Shown in pieces: positions 44,433 through 52,084 of a stretch of 64,000 nucleotides of DNA. The DNA lies in contig JADJJY010000005.1 of assembly GCA_016706275.1 (NCBI GenBank), forward strand, positions 14,641-78,640, written 5' to 3'. The position numbers were made by a program, and so were the translations under genes. The notes beneath the pieces were generated by a model, which saw nothing but the letters and a program-made list of their open reading frames with translations, did no database searches and had not been told where the DNA came from. Within the stretch, counting starts at the first letter, position 1; every line of letters begins with the position of its first letter. This stretch comes from Chloracidobacterium sp. Lineage in GTDB: Bacteria; Acidobacteriota; Blastocatellia; Pyrinomonadales; Pyrinomonadaceae.

Positions 44433-45008
44433 ATGGTTTTTTTTCGCAACTTAGCCGTAATTTTGGCAATGCTGCTATCTGTTCAGGTCGCCGTTAATGC
44501 AAAAACTGTAAAGGCGGTCCCTCTTTACCGGCTTTATGGTAGTTCTCATCACTTCTACACAACTGACAAAGCGGAACGCGACAGTGCCATTAATAATGCT
44601 AATTACGTCGATGAGGGGATTGCAGGATGGGTCTTTGCAGAAAAGATTCCTGGAACTGTTGCTCTTTATCGATTTGTCAAAGAGATACCTGATTACGGCA
44701 CGAGACACTATTACGCTATTAACTCGGTTGCCCGAAACGCGGCCATCAATGACGGATACAAATCAGAAGGCATTTGCTGCTATGTCTCATCCAAACAGGA
44801 TGACAGCAATCTTCCTTTTTTTCATCTGTATCTGGCTCCAAAACCCCTTAATCAAGCTAAATCCAATGCGATAAACGGCGGCGGCGATGATCATTTATAC
44901 ACAACCAGCTCAAAGGAGAAGTTTGATGCGATAAACAAGTATGGCTATATCATTCAGGCACCAATGGGTTTTATTTGGCACGCTTATTTTTTCAAGATCA
45001 TCCCATAG
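44433..45008 (+). CDS. secreted protein with three HFYT-type repeats (DUF5648-like)
   Basis: I place the start at ATG 44433 (GGAGGA 7 nt upstream). Signal peptide MVFFRNLAVILAMLLSVQVAVNA. Three repeats: LYRLYGSSHHFYTTDKAERDSAI...EGIAGWVF / LYRFVKE..RHYYAINSVARNAAI..GYKSEGICCYV / FFHLY...DDHLYTTSSKEKFDAI.KYGY. Confidence 0.6.
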   Translation: MVFFRNLAVILAMLLSVQVAVNAKTVKAVPLYRLYGSSHHFYTTDKAERDSAINNANYVDEGIAGWVFAEKIPGTVALYRFVKEIPDYGTRHYYAINSVARNAAINDGYKSEGICCYVSSKQDDSNLPFFHLYLAPKPLNQAKSNAINGGGDDHLYTTSSKEKFDAINKYGYIIQAPMGFIWHAYFFKIIP

Positions 45009-45045
45009 GGCGAATGCTTTTCGCAATACTAGCTAGCGAATTCTG

Positions 45046-45087
45046 AACGAGGCCCACCCATCATCCTAGGGGCCTCGTTTTTTGTTT
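45046..45087 (+). terminator. rho-independent terminator
   Basis: AACGAGGCCC acccatcatcctag GGGCCTCGTT followed by TTTTGTTT. Confidence 0.65.
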
Positions 45088-45114
45088 AATGTATAATATC
45101 CTCTCATTCAACTT

Positions 45115-46245
45115 ATGGAGCCGCTAGCAAACGAGATCAGGCCAAAAAGCCTCGACGAATTTGTCGGCCAGACGCATCTGGTCGGGCCGGAGAAACCCGT
45201 GCGACTGGCAATCGAGCAAGGCCATATATTTTCGTTCGTCCTGTGGGGCACGCCCGGAACAGGTAAAACGACTCTAGCTCGCATTTATGCCAATGCCATC
45301 AAAGCTGAATTCTATGAGCTTTCAGCCGTCTCCGCTGGTAAAGAAGACATTCGACAGATCGTAAAAACGCCAACGATCGACGGCCGTCCGCGGGTGCTAT
45401 TTCTCGATGAGATCCACAGATTTAATAAAGCCCAGCAGGATTTTCTGCTGCCATTTGTAGAAAACGGTCAGCTCGTGCTGATAGGAGCAACGACCGAGAA
45501 TCCGAGTTTTGAGGTGATTCCGGCGTTGCTTTCGCGGCTTCGTGTGTTTGTTCTCGAAGAGTTTTCAGACGCTGATATGGGTGCGATCATCGACCGGACT
45601 GGTTTTGAGCTAGACGATGTTTCCAAGCAGTGGCTGATCGAAATGGCAAATGGTGACGCCCGCCAGGCGATCACGATGATCGAGAACACATCTCGGCTCT
45701 ATGACTCGATCACACTCGAAACGCTCAAAGAAACGCTACAATCAAAATTTCTCCGCTACGACAAAAAGGGCGAGGAGCATTACAACGTCATTTCGGCGTT
45801 TATCAAATCGATGCGTGCGAGCAAACCTGACGCTGCGATGTATTATCTCGCCCGCATGCTCGAATCCGGCGAAGACCCAAAATTCATCGCCCGCCGCATG
45901 GTGATCTTCGCATCCGAAGACATCGGCGTTGCTCAACCGACAGCATTAGTCGTGGCAAACGCCGTATTCCAGGCCGTAACGACTATTGGAATGCCTGAAT
46001 GCACGCTAAATCTCGCCCACGGCGTCACCTATCTTGCCAACGCCGCAAAGGACCGCTCGGCAACGAACGCCATCGGTGCGGCAATGGAAGACGCGAAAAA
46101 GCTCGGCAACCTACCCGTTCCCATGAAGATCCGTAACGCACCGACAAAATTGATGAAAGATCTCGGCTACGGCAAGGACGAGGGCAACGATCCTGACGGT
46201 GATCTGCTGCCTGAAAAATTGCGTGGCCGTAAGTACTTTGATTAG
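45115..46245 (+). CDS. rarA: replication-associated recombination protein A (AAA+ ATPase)
   Basis: 376 aa. ...LANEIRPKSLDEFVGQTHLVG...LWGTPGTGKTTLARI...FLDEIHRFNKAQQD... plus the MgsA C-terminal domain. Confidence 0.9.
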   Translation: MEPLANEIRPKSLDEFVGQTHLVGPEKPVRLAIEQGHIFSFVLWGTPGTGKTTLARIYANAIKAEFYELSAVSAGKEDIRQIVKTPTIDGRPRVLFLDEIHRFNKAQQDFLLPFVENGQLVLIGATTENPSFEVIPALLSRLRVFVLEEFSDADMGAIIDRTGFELDDVSKQWLIEMANGDARQAITMIENTSRLYDSITLETLKETLQSKFLRYDKKGEEHYNVISAFIKSMRASKPDAAMYYLARMLESGEDPKFIARRMVIFASEDIGVAQPTALVVANAVFQAVTTIGMPECTLNLAHGVTYLANAAKDRSATNAIGAAMEDAKKLGNLPVPMKIRNAPTKLMKDLGYGKDEGNDPDGDLLPEKLRGRKYFD

Positions 46246-46284
46246 GCTGCGTTGACCTTTACAAAGATCGCTTCTTTTAATATT

Positions 46285-46316
46285 ATGACCATACGACGTT
46301 TTTGGTCATTGGTCAT
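46285..46316. promoter_or_regulatory. inverted/tandem ATGACC...GGTCAT sites abutting the TetR gene start (operator candidate)
   Basis: ATGACC (46285-90), atacgacgttttt, GGTCAT (46304-09), t, GGTCAT (46311-16). The ATG is at 46319. Confidence 0.4.
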
Positions 46317-46318
46317 TT

Positions 46319-46918
46319 ATGAAACACGCCGTTCAAACAAAAGATACTCGCGAAGCCATTCTTGACGCAACTGACAAGCTGCTCGCCCGATACGGATATA
46401 AAAAAATGACGATCGACGACCTCGCCCAAGAGGTTGGCATCGGTAAGGGCAGCGTCTATCTACATTTCCCAAGCAAAGAAGAGATCGCTCTTTCTCAGAT
46501 CGACCGCATTATTGAGAGGCTAAAATCTCAACTGCGTGCTATCAGTAACGGCTCAGCGAGCCCGGAAAAGCAGCTGCGCGAGATGCTTGTCGAACGAGTA
46601 ATGTTTCGCTTTGACAGCGTCCACCATTATTCACAGAGCCTTAATGAAATGCTCGCATATCTTCGGCCAAAGCTTTTAGAGCGCCGAAAACGATACTTTG
46701 ACGAAGAAGCTCGCATCTTTTCTGAGGTCATCGCTGAGGGCCAAAAGACAAAAGCCTTTGGCGCCGGCGACCCGTTCGACCTTGCTCAAACCCTTGTAAC
46801 GGCGACCAATTCACTACTCCCTTATAGTCTAAGCGCATTCGAATTAGGCGACCGCAAAGACGTTGCAGAGCGCACGAAGAAAACTGCTGATCTGTTGATT
46901 AACGGATTGAAAAAATAA
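46319..46918 (+). CDS. TetR/AcrR-family transcriptional regulator
   Basis: 199 aa. N-terminal HTH (TREAILDATDKLLARYGYKKMTIDDLAQEVGIGKGSVYLHFPSKEE). Confidence 0.9.
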   Translation: MKHAVQTKDTREAILDATDKLLARYGYKKMTIDDLAQEVGIGKGSVYLHFPSKEEIALSQIDRIIERLKSQLRAISNGSASPEKQLREMLVERVMFRFDSVHHYSQSLNEMLAYLRPKLLERRKRYFDEEARIFSEVIAEGQKTKAFGAGDPFDLAQTLVTATNSLLPYSLSAFELGDRKDVAERTKKTADLLINGLKK

Positions 46919-46935
46919 GCGGAAAGGAACCAGGT

Positions 46936-47013
46936 ATGAAAGTGATAATGATAATTGCCCGCGTGCTGGCCATATTTTTCGTGGCACTACATTTGTTCAG
47001 GCTGATCGGCTAG
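46936..47013 (+). CDS. possible 25-aa hydrophobic peptide
   Basis: MKVIMIIARVLAIFFVALHLFRLIG. GGAAAGGAA lies 6-15 nt upstream, and the ORF starts 18 nt after the TetR stop. Below the track threshold. Confidence 0.2.
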   Translation: MKVIMIIARVLAIFFVALHLFRLIG

Positions 47014-47015
47014 GG

Positions 47016-47474
47016 CTAACGCCGCCAATAATTTTTGATCTTTAGATCGAGATAGGGAAAAGCGCAGTATTCGACATTGCGGCCCGTTTCCCTCAGTTTT
47101 TCAACCATTGGTCCGCCGGCATCGGCATTGCGAGTGTGTACTATCACCTTTGCACCGCGTTGCAATTCAGGCCGCTCGGTCAGCCATTGGGCGATCGCAA
47201 AACCTGTGTTTTCAACATCACCGTGACTATTTGAATCGTAATGATGCGGCAGTAGATCGTGGTCGAGAAAGATCGCGTCGTAGCTCCCGCTAGCCAAAAG
47301 TTCTTTTGCCTCAGCTACATTTTCGGCAATATCGAGAAAATCACCCTTAAATCTTTTCGCAAACCAACGATGCCGACGGGTGTCGTCATCAAGCAGCATA
47401 ACGCTGATCGACGCACGCTCGACACTGAGGTCCGCTAACCCAAATCGTATCAACAAACTACGTAAAAAACTCAT
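47016..47474 (-). CDS. stand-alone divergent receiver (REC)-like domain protein, cREC-like
   Basis: 152 aa. VMLLDDDTRRHRWF...AEAKELL...YDAIFLDHDL...GFAIAQWL...AKVIVHTRNADAGGPMVEKL. Confidence 0.55.
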   Translation of the reverse strand: MSFLRSLLIRFGLADLSVERASISVMLLDDDTRRHRWFAKRFKGDFLDIAENVAEAKELLASGSYDAIFLDHDLLPHHYDSNSHGDVENTGFAIAQWLTERPELQRGAKVIVHTRNADAGGPMVEKLRETGRNVEYCAFPYLDLKIKNYWRR

Positions 47475-47531
47475 AACAATAGCCGCTAAAATAATATATC
47501 ATAGCCCCTTGGCCGTGCCCGAAACTCAAAC

Positions 47532-47559
47532 TTGAATTCGAAATTGGCGGTGCTATAAT
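47532..47559 (+). promoter_or_regulatory. sigma70-like promoter candidate
   Basis: TTGAAT (47532-37), 16 nt, TATAAT (47554-59), 30 nt upstream of the 47589 ATG. Confidence 0.45.
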
Positions 47560-47588
47560 CCAACTGTCCGGTCCATCAAATACAAAAA

Positions 47589-48374
47589 ATGCCGCAGGAA
47601 AAAGCAAAAGATCACAGGCTTAAAGCCGTGCCAAAATTCGTCCAGAATGACAGCGACGCCATGAACGGAATGGATGACGTTTGTCCGATTTGCTTTGGCA
47701 CCGGAATGGAGATCGTTCCCGGCAAAGGAGCGAGAACCTGCTCATGCCGCAAGCTCAATTCGCAAAAAGGGCAGTTTGAAAGTGTCCGTCTGCCTAAGCG
47801 TTATGACGGCTTTCATTTTGGAAATTACAAGGCACAAAATCCTACACAAACCGCCGCACTCAAAAGTGCGATGGCGTTCACAACTGAATACCCTGCTGTC
47901 GATCGCGGCTTGTTGCTAATGGGAAGTGTCGGCGTTGGCAAAACACATCTCGCGGTCTCCATCCTCAAAGGCCTGACCGAACGTGGTTTTTCGTGCCTCT
48001 TCTACGAATTCGGATCGCTATTAAAAGAGATCCAGGATTCGTACAACCCGAGTACTCGTTCGTCCGAACTCAGCGTTCTCGCTCCGGTCTTTACCGCAGA
48101 TGTACTTGTGCTTGATGAATTAGGCGCGTCAAAACCGACCGATTGGGTTCGCGACACAATGACCCACATTATTAACTCGCGCTACAACGAAAAGAAATTT
48201 ACGGTGTTTACGACAAATTATCTCGACGAGCGGCCAAACGAACGCGAAGAAACTTTGGAAGACCGAGTTGGAGTTCGTGTGAGGTCGAGACTTTACGAAA
48301 TGTGTAAGACGGTGATGATCGGCGGCGATGACTATCGAAAAAACTTTGACCGGCGAACCGCTGCGGCGAAATAA
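47589..48374 (+). CDS. DnaC/DnaI/IstB-like AAA+ ATPase with N-terminal zinc ribbon (putative helicase loader)
   Basis: 261 aa. CPICFGTGMEIVPGKGARTCSC; Walker A LMGSVGVGKTHLAVS; Walker B VLVLDELGA; ...FTVFTTN. Confidence 0.75.
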   Translation: MPQEKAKDHRLKAVPKFVQNDSDAMNGMDDVCPICFGTGMEIVPGKGARTCSCRKLNSQKGQFESVRLPKRYDGFHFGNYKAQNPTQTAALKSAMAFTTEYPAVDRGLLLMGSVGVGKTHLAVSILKGLTERGFSCLFYEFGSLLKEIQDSYNPSTRSSELSVLAPVFTADVLVLDELGASKPTDWVRDTMTHIINSRYNEKKFTVFTTNYLDERPNEREETLEDRVGVRVRSRLYEMCKTVMIGGDDYRKNFDRRTAAAK

Positions 48375-48377
48375 CTC

Positions 48378-49235
48378 TTAATAATTCCCTGCAACAATAG
48401 TTGATTTGATCCCGCTTGCTTCCTGAGCGATCTTGACGCCGACGGAGGCTCCGATGCGGGTTGCACCGGCTTCGAACATTGCTCTTGCGTCCTCAATTCC
48501 CTTCACGCCACCCGACGCCTTAACGCCCAGAGAACTGCCGACCGTGTTTCTCATCAACGAGACATCGTCCGCCGTCGCTCCGCCTTTGGCAAAACCCGTA
48601 GAGGTTTTGACGAAATCGGCTCCGGCATTCTTGGCGGCAAGACAAGCCCTGACCTTTTCATCGTCCGTGAGCAGAGCGGTCTCGATAATGACCTTACAGA
48701 GGATGTGATTTTCGTGTGCCGCCTCTACCACGGCGCGAATATCGTCTTCGACCAGGCAATCATCGCCCGATTTGAGAGCTCCGATATTGATGACCATATC
48801 GACCTCCTCGGCACCGTTAAAGATCGCACGGCGGGCTTCGTAAGCCTTAACATCTGGCAGTGTCGCTCCGAGCGGAAACCCGATCACGGTACAAACCGGA
48901 ACGCCCGTTCCCTTTAGAAATTCAGCCGCACTTTTTACCCAGCCGGGATTTACACAAACCGATGCAAAACCAAATTCGGCAGCTTCCGAACAAAGTTTTT
49001 TAATGTCCGATTCGGAAGCCTCAGGTTTGAGCAGAGTGTGATCGATCAGGCTCGCCCAGTCGTGAGCCGTCGCAGTCTCGCCCAAAACGATACCGATACG
49101 CTCCGCCCCGGCGTCAACAATGCGTTCGACATCGGCACGGCAAAACGTAGGGCAATCTTCCTCACCCGTGAGTTTTGCCAGCACCATATTGGTGATCTGG
49201 TCGATAAGCTGGTCGTAATTTCCGTTCTGCTGCAT
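48378..49235 (-). CDS. deoC: deoxyribose-phosphate aldolase with ~55-aa N-terminal extension
   Basis: 285 aa. The DERA core starts at [12 protein letters not shown]...FASVCVNP...KVIIET...VKTSTGF. The extension is [52 protein letters not shown]. Confidence 0.88.
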   Translation of the reverse strand: MQQNGNYDQLIDQITNMVLAKLTGEEDCPTFCRADVERIVDAGAERIGIVLGETATAHDWASLIDHTLLKPEASESDIKKLCSEAAEFGFASVCVNPGWVKSAAEFLKGTGVPVCTVIGFPLGATLPDVKAYEARRAIFNGAEEVDMVINIGALKSGDDCLVEDDIRAVVEAAHENHILCKVIIETALLTDDEKVRACLAAKNAGADFVKTSTGFAKGGATADDVSLMRNTVGSSLGVKASGGVKGIEDARAMFEAGATRIGASVGVKIAQEASGIKSTIVAGNY

Positions 49236-49249
49236 GAATATTTATATTA

Positions 49250-50065
49250 TCACTTTCGATATTGACGCTCTATATTGTCTATCTTACCAACGCGTTTCAT
49301 GTGCCGTTCTTCAGAAATATCCGTCGAGATAAACGCCTCGACGATCTGTTTTATTTCCTCAAAAGAGTTTTGTCCCGCACCGAGCGTTAATACATTTGCA
49401 CCGTTATGCTCGCGGGAATTTTTCGCAAGAGCCGTCGAATAACATGCCGCCGCACGCACATTCGGCACCTTGTTCGCCGTCATTGCACTACCGATACCCG
49501 CACCGTCTATGATAATGCCGACATCGACCTGTTTGCCGGCGACCGATTTGGCAACAGCATGGGCGAAATCAGGGTAATCGACCGCCTCTTCGCTCTCGGT
49601 GCCAAAATCACGCACGTTCAGGCCAAAATCGGTCAGGAACGATTTCAACTGTTCCTTCATCTTAAACCCGCCGTGATCCGAACCGACCGCAACCGAACGA
49701 ACCTTTGCAGTATTCTTTCGGGCCTGTTTATGGATCAGCTCGATCTTTAGGTCGTTGACAATGTCTTGGGCGAGAGCGGTAAACTTTACATTCTCGGCAA
49801 CACGAAGTTTCGATCCCGGTTCAAGCCCTCGCAGGTCGTCCTCTGTTAGAAGTGTTTTGGACGATTCGTCCCGGTCAAACGCTTTGCCAAACTTACCCTG
49901 CAGTGAATTTACGACAACATGCTCGACTGCCGATGCCGCCGCCCCTGGCGACTGAACAGCATCGCCATCGGTCGGCACGGTCGCCAAAACCTGTCTTACC
50001 AATTCCCGAACTCGGTCGCGTGTATCTTTATCAACGTCAGCCATTTTTTTTGCAGAAGCCCGCAC
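49250..50065 (-). CDS. rpiB: ribose-5-phosphate isomerase B (RpiB/LacAB family) with ~120-aa N-terminal extension
   Basis: 271 aa. The core runs from RSVAVGSDHGGFKMKEQL... to ...ERHMKRV. The extension contains DTRDRVRELVRQVLATV and LLTEDDLRGLEPGSKLRVAENVKFTALAQDIVNDLKIELI. No in-frame ATG occurs between M8 and the core. Confidence 0.88.
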   Translation of the reverse strand: MRASAKKMADVDKDTRDRVRELVRQVLATVPTDGDAVQSPGAAASAVEHVVVNSLQGKFGKAFDRDESSKTLLTEDDLRGLEPGSKLRVAENVKFTALAQDIVNDLKIELIHKQARKNTAKVRSVAVGSDHGGFKMKEQLKSFLTDFGLNVRDFGTESEEAVDYPDFAHAVAKSVAGKQVDVGIIIDGAGIGSAMTANKVPNVRAAACYSTALAKNSREHNGANVLTLGAGQNSFEEIKQIVEAFISTDISEERHMKRVGKIDNIERQYRK

Positions 50066-50106
50066 GAAAGTTACGGCACTTTGAAAGCTGTTTCTAACCA
50101 GTCAGC

Positions 50107-50135
50107 TTGAAACTCAACCTATGTTTGAATAGTAT
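50107..50135 (+). promoter_or_regulatory. sigma70-like promoter candidate for hpt
   Basis: TTGAAA (50107-12), 17 nt, TAGTAT (50130-35). Confidence 0.4.
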
Positions 50136-50172
50136 GTCTAAAAACCAATTCTTTCAAATTTGCGAGGAAACC

Positions 50173-50748
50173 ATGGCAACCGGATCAACCAAAATGGCAA
50201 CTACCGAATTCACCAACTCTAACCTCGAAGTGATGTATTCTGAGGCCGACATCAAGGCCCGTATCAAGGAACTAGGCTCCGGGATAACCGCCGAATACGC
50301 CGGGAAAGACCTCGTTTTGGTCGGCGTTTTGAAAGGTTCGTGCGTATTTATGGCCGACCTGATGCGCGAGATCGATCTGCCGCTGACGATCGATTTTATG
50401 TCCGTTTCAAGCTACAAAGACGGCACTAAATCGACCGGCGATGTCGAGATCCTCAAAGATCTGAGCAATTCGATCCGCGACAAACACGTCCTCATTGTCG
50501 AAGACATTATCGACACCGGCCTGACGCTTACACGCCTCGTCGAGATCCTCGATTCACGCGGTGCGGCCTCGATCAAGATCGCGACTTTCCTCGACAAGCC
50601 CGAACCGCGAATTAAAAAAGAACTCGTCGTCGATTACACAGGCTTTGTCATCCCAAACAAATTCGTCGTCGGCTATGGACTCGACGCCGCCGGCCGCTAT
50701 CGCAACCTGCCGTTCATCGCAGTCGTGATCGATCCGTCTGTTGCCTGA
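50173..50748 (+). CDS. hpt: hypoxanthine phosphoribosyltransferase
   Basis: I place the start at ATG 50173 (GAGGAA SD; 191 aa). PRPP motif VLIVEDIIDTGLT. The track ORF starts earlier at a TTG. Confidence 0.92.
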   Translation: MATGSTKMATTEFTNSNLEVMYSEADIKARIKELGSGITAEYAGKDLVLVGVLKGSCVFMADLMREIDLPLTIDFMSVSSYKDGTKSTGDVEILKDLSNSIRDKHVLIVEDIIDTGLTLTRLVEILDSRGAASIKIATFLDKPEPRIKKELVVDYTGFVIPNKFVVGYGLDAAGRYRNLPFIAVVIDPSVA

Positions 50749-50950
50749 TCTGTCACGCAAATGCGGTTGACGCGGCGGCGCGGAGATTTGCCGGTTTACG
50801 GGTGGCGCGGTGACGTGGAGAAACGCGGGCGGGATCGTGAAAAAGATATCCTAATGACCCACGTTTTATACCAAAATGACCGTTTTGGTCATTTTGATAC
50901 GACACGATCCGTTAATATTTGGCAACACTGCTGATTTTTTCACTACACGG

Positions 50951-50979
50951 TTGACCACCCCCGACGTTTTCCGTATAAT
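50951..50979 (+). promoter_or_regulatory. near-consensus sigma70 promoter for rplU-rpmA
   Basis: TTGACC (50951-56), 17 nt, TATAAT (50974-79), 57 nt upstream of the rplU ATG. Confidence 0.55.
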
Positions 50980-51036
50980 CTGTACTTTTCGATTAACTAA
51001 GCAAATGCCGTCAATCGAGAGGAGCTAAGATAAGAA

Positions 51037-51315
51037 ATGAGTTACGCAGTTATAAGAACAGGCGGAAAGCAATTTGCGGTCGAGGGCGGCGAGACGCTTC
51101 GTGTCCCGACCATCAATGAAAAGGCCGGTGCAAAGGTCGAAGTCGAAGCTCTTGTCCTTGGCGACAAGGTAGGCGCAGCAACGGTCAAAGCGACCGTCGT
51201 CGGCCACGGCAAAGCGGATAAGATCATTGTTTTCAAAAAGAAACGCCGCAAACAGTACAAACGCAAACAAGGCCACAGACAAGGCTTTACGGAAATCAAG
51301 ATAGAAAAGATCTAA
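51037..51315 (+). CDS. rplU: 50S ribosomal protein L21
   Basis: 92 aa. [24 protein letters not shown]... Confidence 0.96.
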   Translation: MSYAVIRTGGKQFAVEGGETLRVPTINEKAGAKVEVEALVLGDKVGAATVKATVVGHGKADKIIVFKKKRRKQYKRKQGHRQGFTEIKIEKI

Positions 51316-51329
51316 GTCTAGTGGCTTGG

Positions 51330-51364
51330 CAGGACTGACCACTGACCACTGACCACTGACCACT
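51330..51364. repeat. direct array of GACCACT heptamers (one degenerate plus four perfect)
   Basis: caggact gaccact gaccact gaccact gaccact. It fills the rplU-rpmA spacer and ends 6 nt before the rpmA ATG. Confidence 0.85.
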
Positions 51365-51370
51365 AACGAT

Positions 51371-51670
51371 ATGGCACATAAGAAAGGTGTAGGTTCATCC
51401 AGAAACGGCCGTGACTCAAACGCACAGCGGCTTGGACTCAAAAAATTTGGCGGCGAGCATGTTCTCGGCGGCAACATCATAGCCCGTCAGCGCGGCACCA
51501 AGTGGAAGCCGGGCAACAACGTCGGTCGCGGTAAAGACGACACGCTGTTCTCGCTGATTGAAGGCTTTATCAAATTCGAAGACAAAGGCCGCAAAGGCAA
51601 ATTCATCAGTGTCTACGCCGCCGGAGCACCTGAACTAGCACCGAAAGTCGTTGCCGAAGCATCTGCTTAG
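51371..51670 (+). CDS. rpmA: 50S ribosomal protein L27
   Basis: 99 aa. [31 protein letters not shown]... Confidence 0.97.
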   Translation: MAHKKGVGSSRNGRDSNAQRLGLKKFGGEHVLGGNIIARQRGTKWKPGNNVGRGKDDTLFSLIEGFIKFEDKGRKGKFISVYAAGAPELAPKVVAEASA

Positions 51671-51730
51671 TTCTTGTCAGAACCAACTGCGATAGCGGGT
51701 TATTGAACACCGATATTACTGAACATTGAG

Positions 51731-51761
51731 AAGCACACGTCGTACGGCGTGTGCTTTTTTT
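51731..51761 (+). terminator. rho-independent terminator of rplU-rpmA
   Basis: AAGCACACG tcgtacgg CGTGTGCTT followed by TTTTT. Confidence 0.75.
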
Positions 51762-52084
51762 CCCTTAACGTAGGTATAATCAGCTAGAACTGACTCCATG
51801 AAGCCTGAAGGGCCTTGAAAACCCCGCCAACGACCGCGAGACGGTAGAGTTGCTCCTGGTTCAGATCGACCGCCCCAGATTGAAGAGACTGGGTTTTGAC
51901 GTGCCTACATTCACTGGTGAACTGCGGGAGAATCAACTATAAAAACTTCTCGCCGCCAAGAATTCCGACTAGGCTCACTCAGGATACAAATCGCTTATAC
52001 GCCATCTGGTGAGTTTCCAACGAGCCTCGGAATGCGGTTCAAGCGAGCTGTAAATGCAATCGGGCTCGAGGTCTTGCTATAGGC

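Noticed and set aside
47589-48374. IstB helper of an IS21-family insertion sequence
   Set aside because: There is no IstA transposase ORF on either side, no terminal inverted repeats, and the gene has its own promoter-like element. I treated it as a DnaC/DnaI-like ATPase.
48378-50065. Calling a bacterial microcompartment locus
   Set aside because: No BMC-H, BMC-T or BMC-P shell genes, aldehyde dehydrogenase or PduL-like genes occur in the window. Only the targeting-peptide-like extensions are reported, as a hypothesis.
50761-50934. 57-aa plus-strand ORF in the GC-rich patch between hpt and rplU
   Set aside because: It has no SD and an Arg-rich, unremarkable translation. It spans the ATGACC/GGTCAT sites, so it is more likely non-coding.
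51762-52084. Possible gene remnant in the ~320-nt gap after the rpmA terminator (frame reading ...ENPANDRETVELLLVQIDRPRLKRLGFDVPTFTGELRENQL*)
   Set aside because: It is only about 40 codons with no start, and I cannot assign it to any family. I noted it as possible decayed cargo of the insertion, but it is not supportable as a feature.
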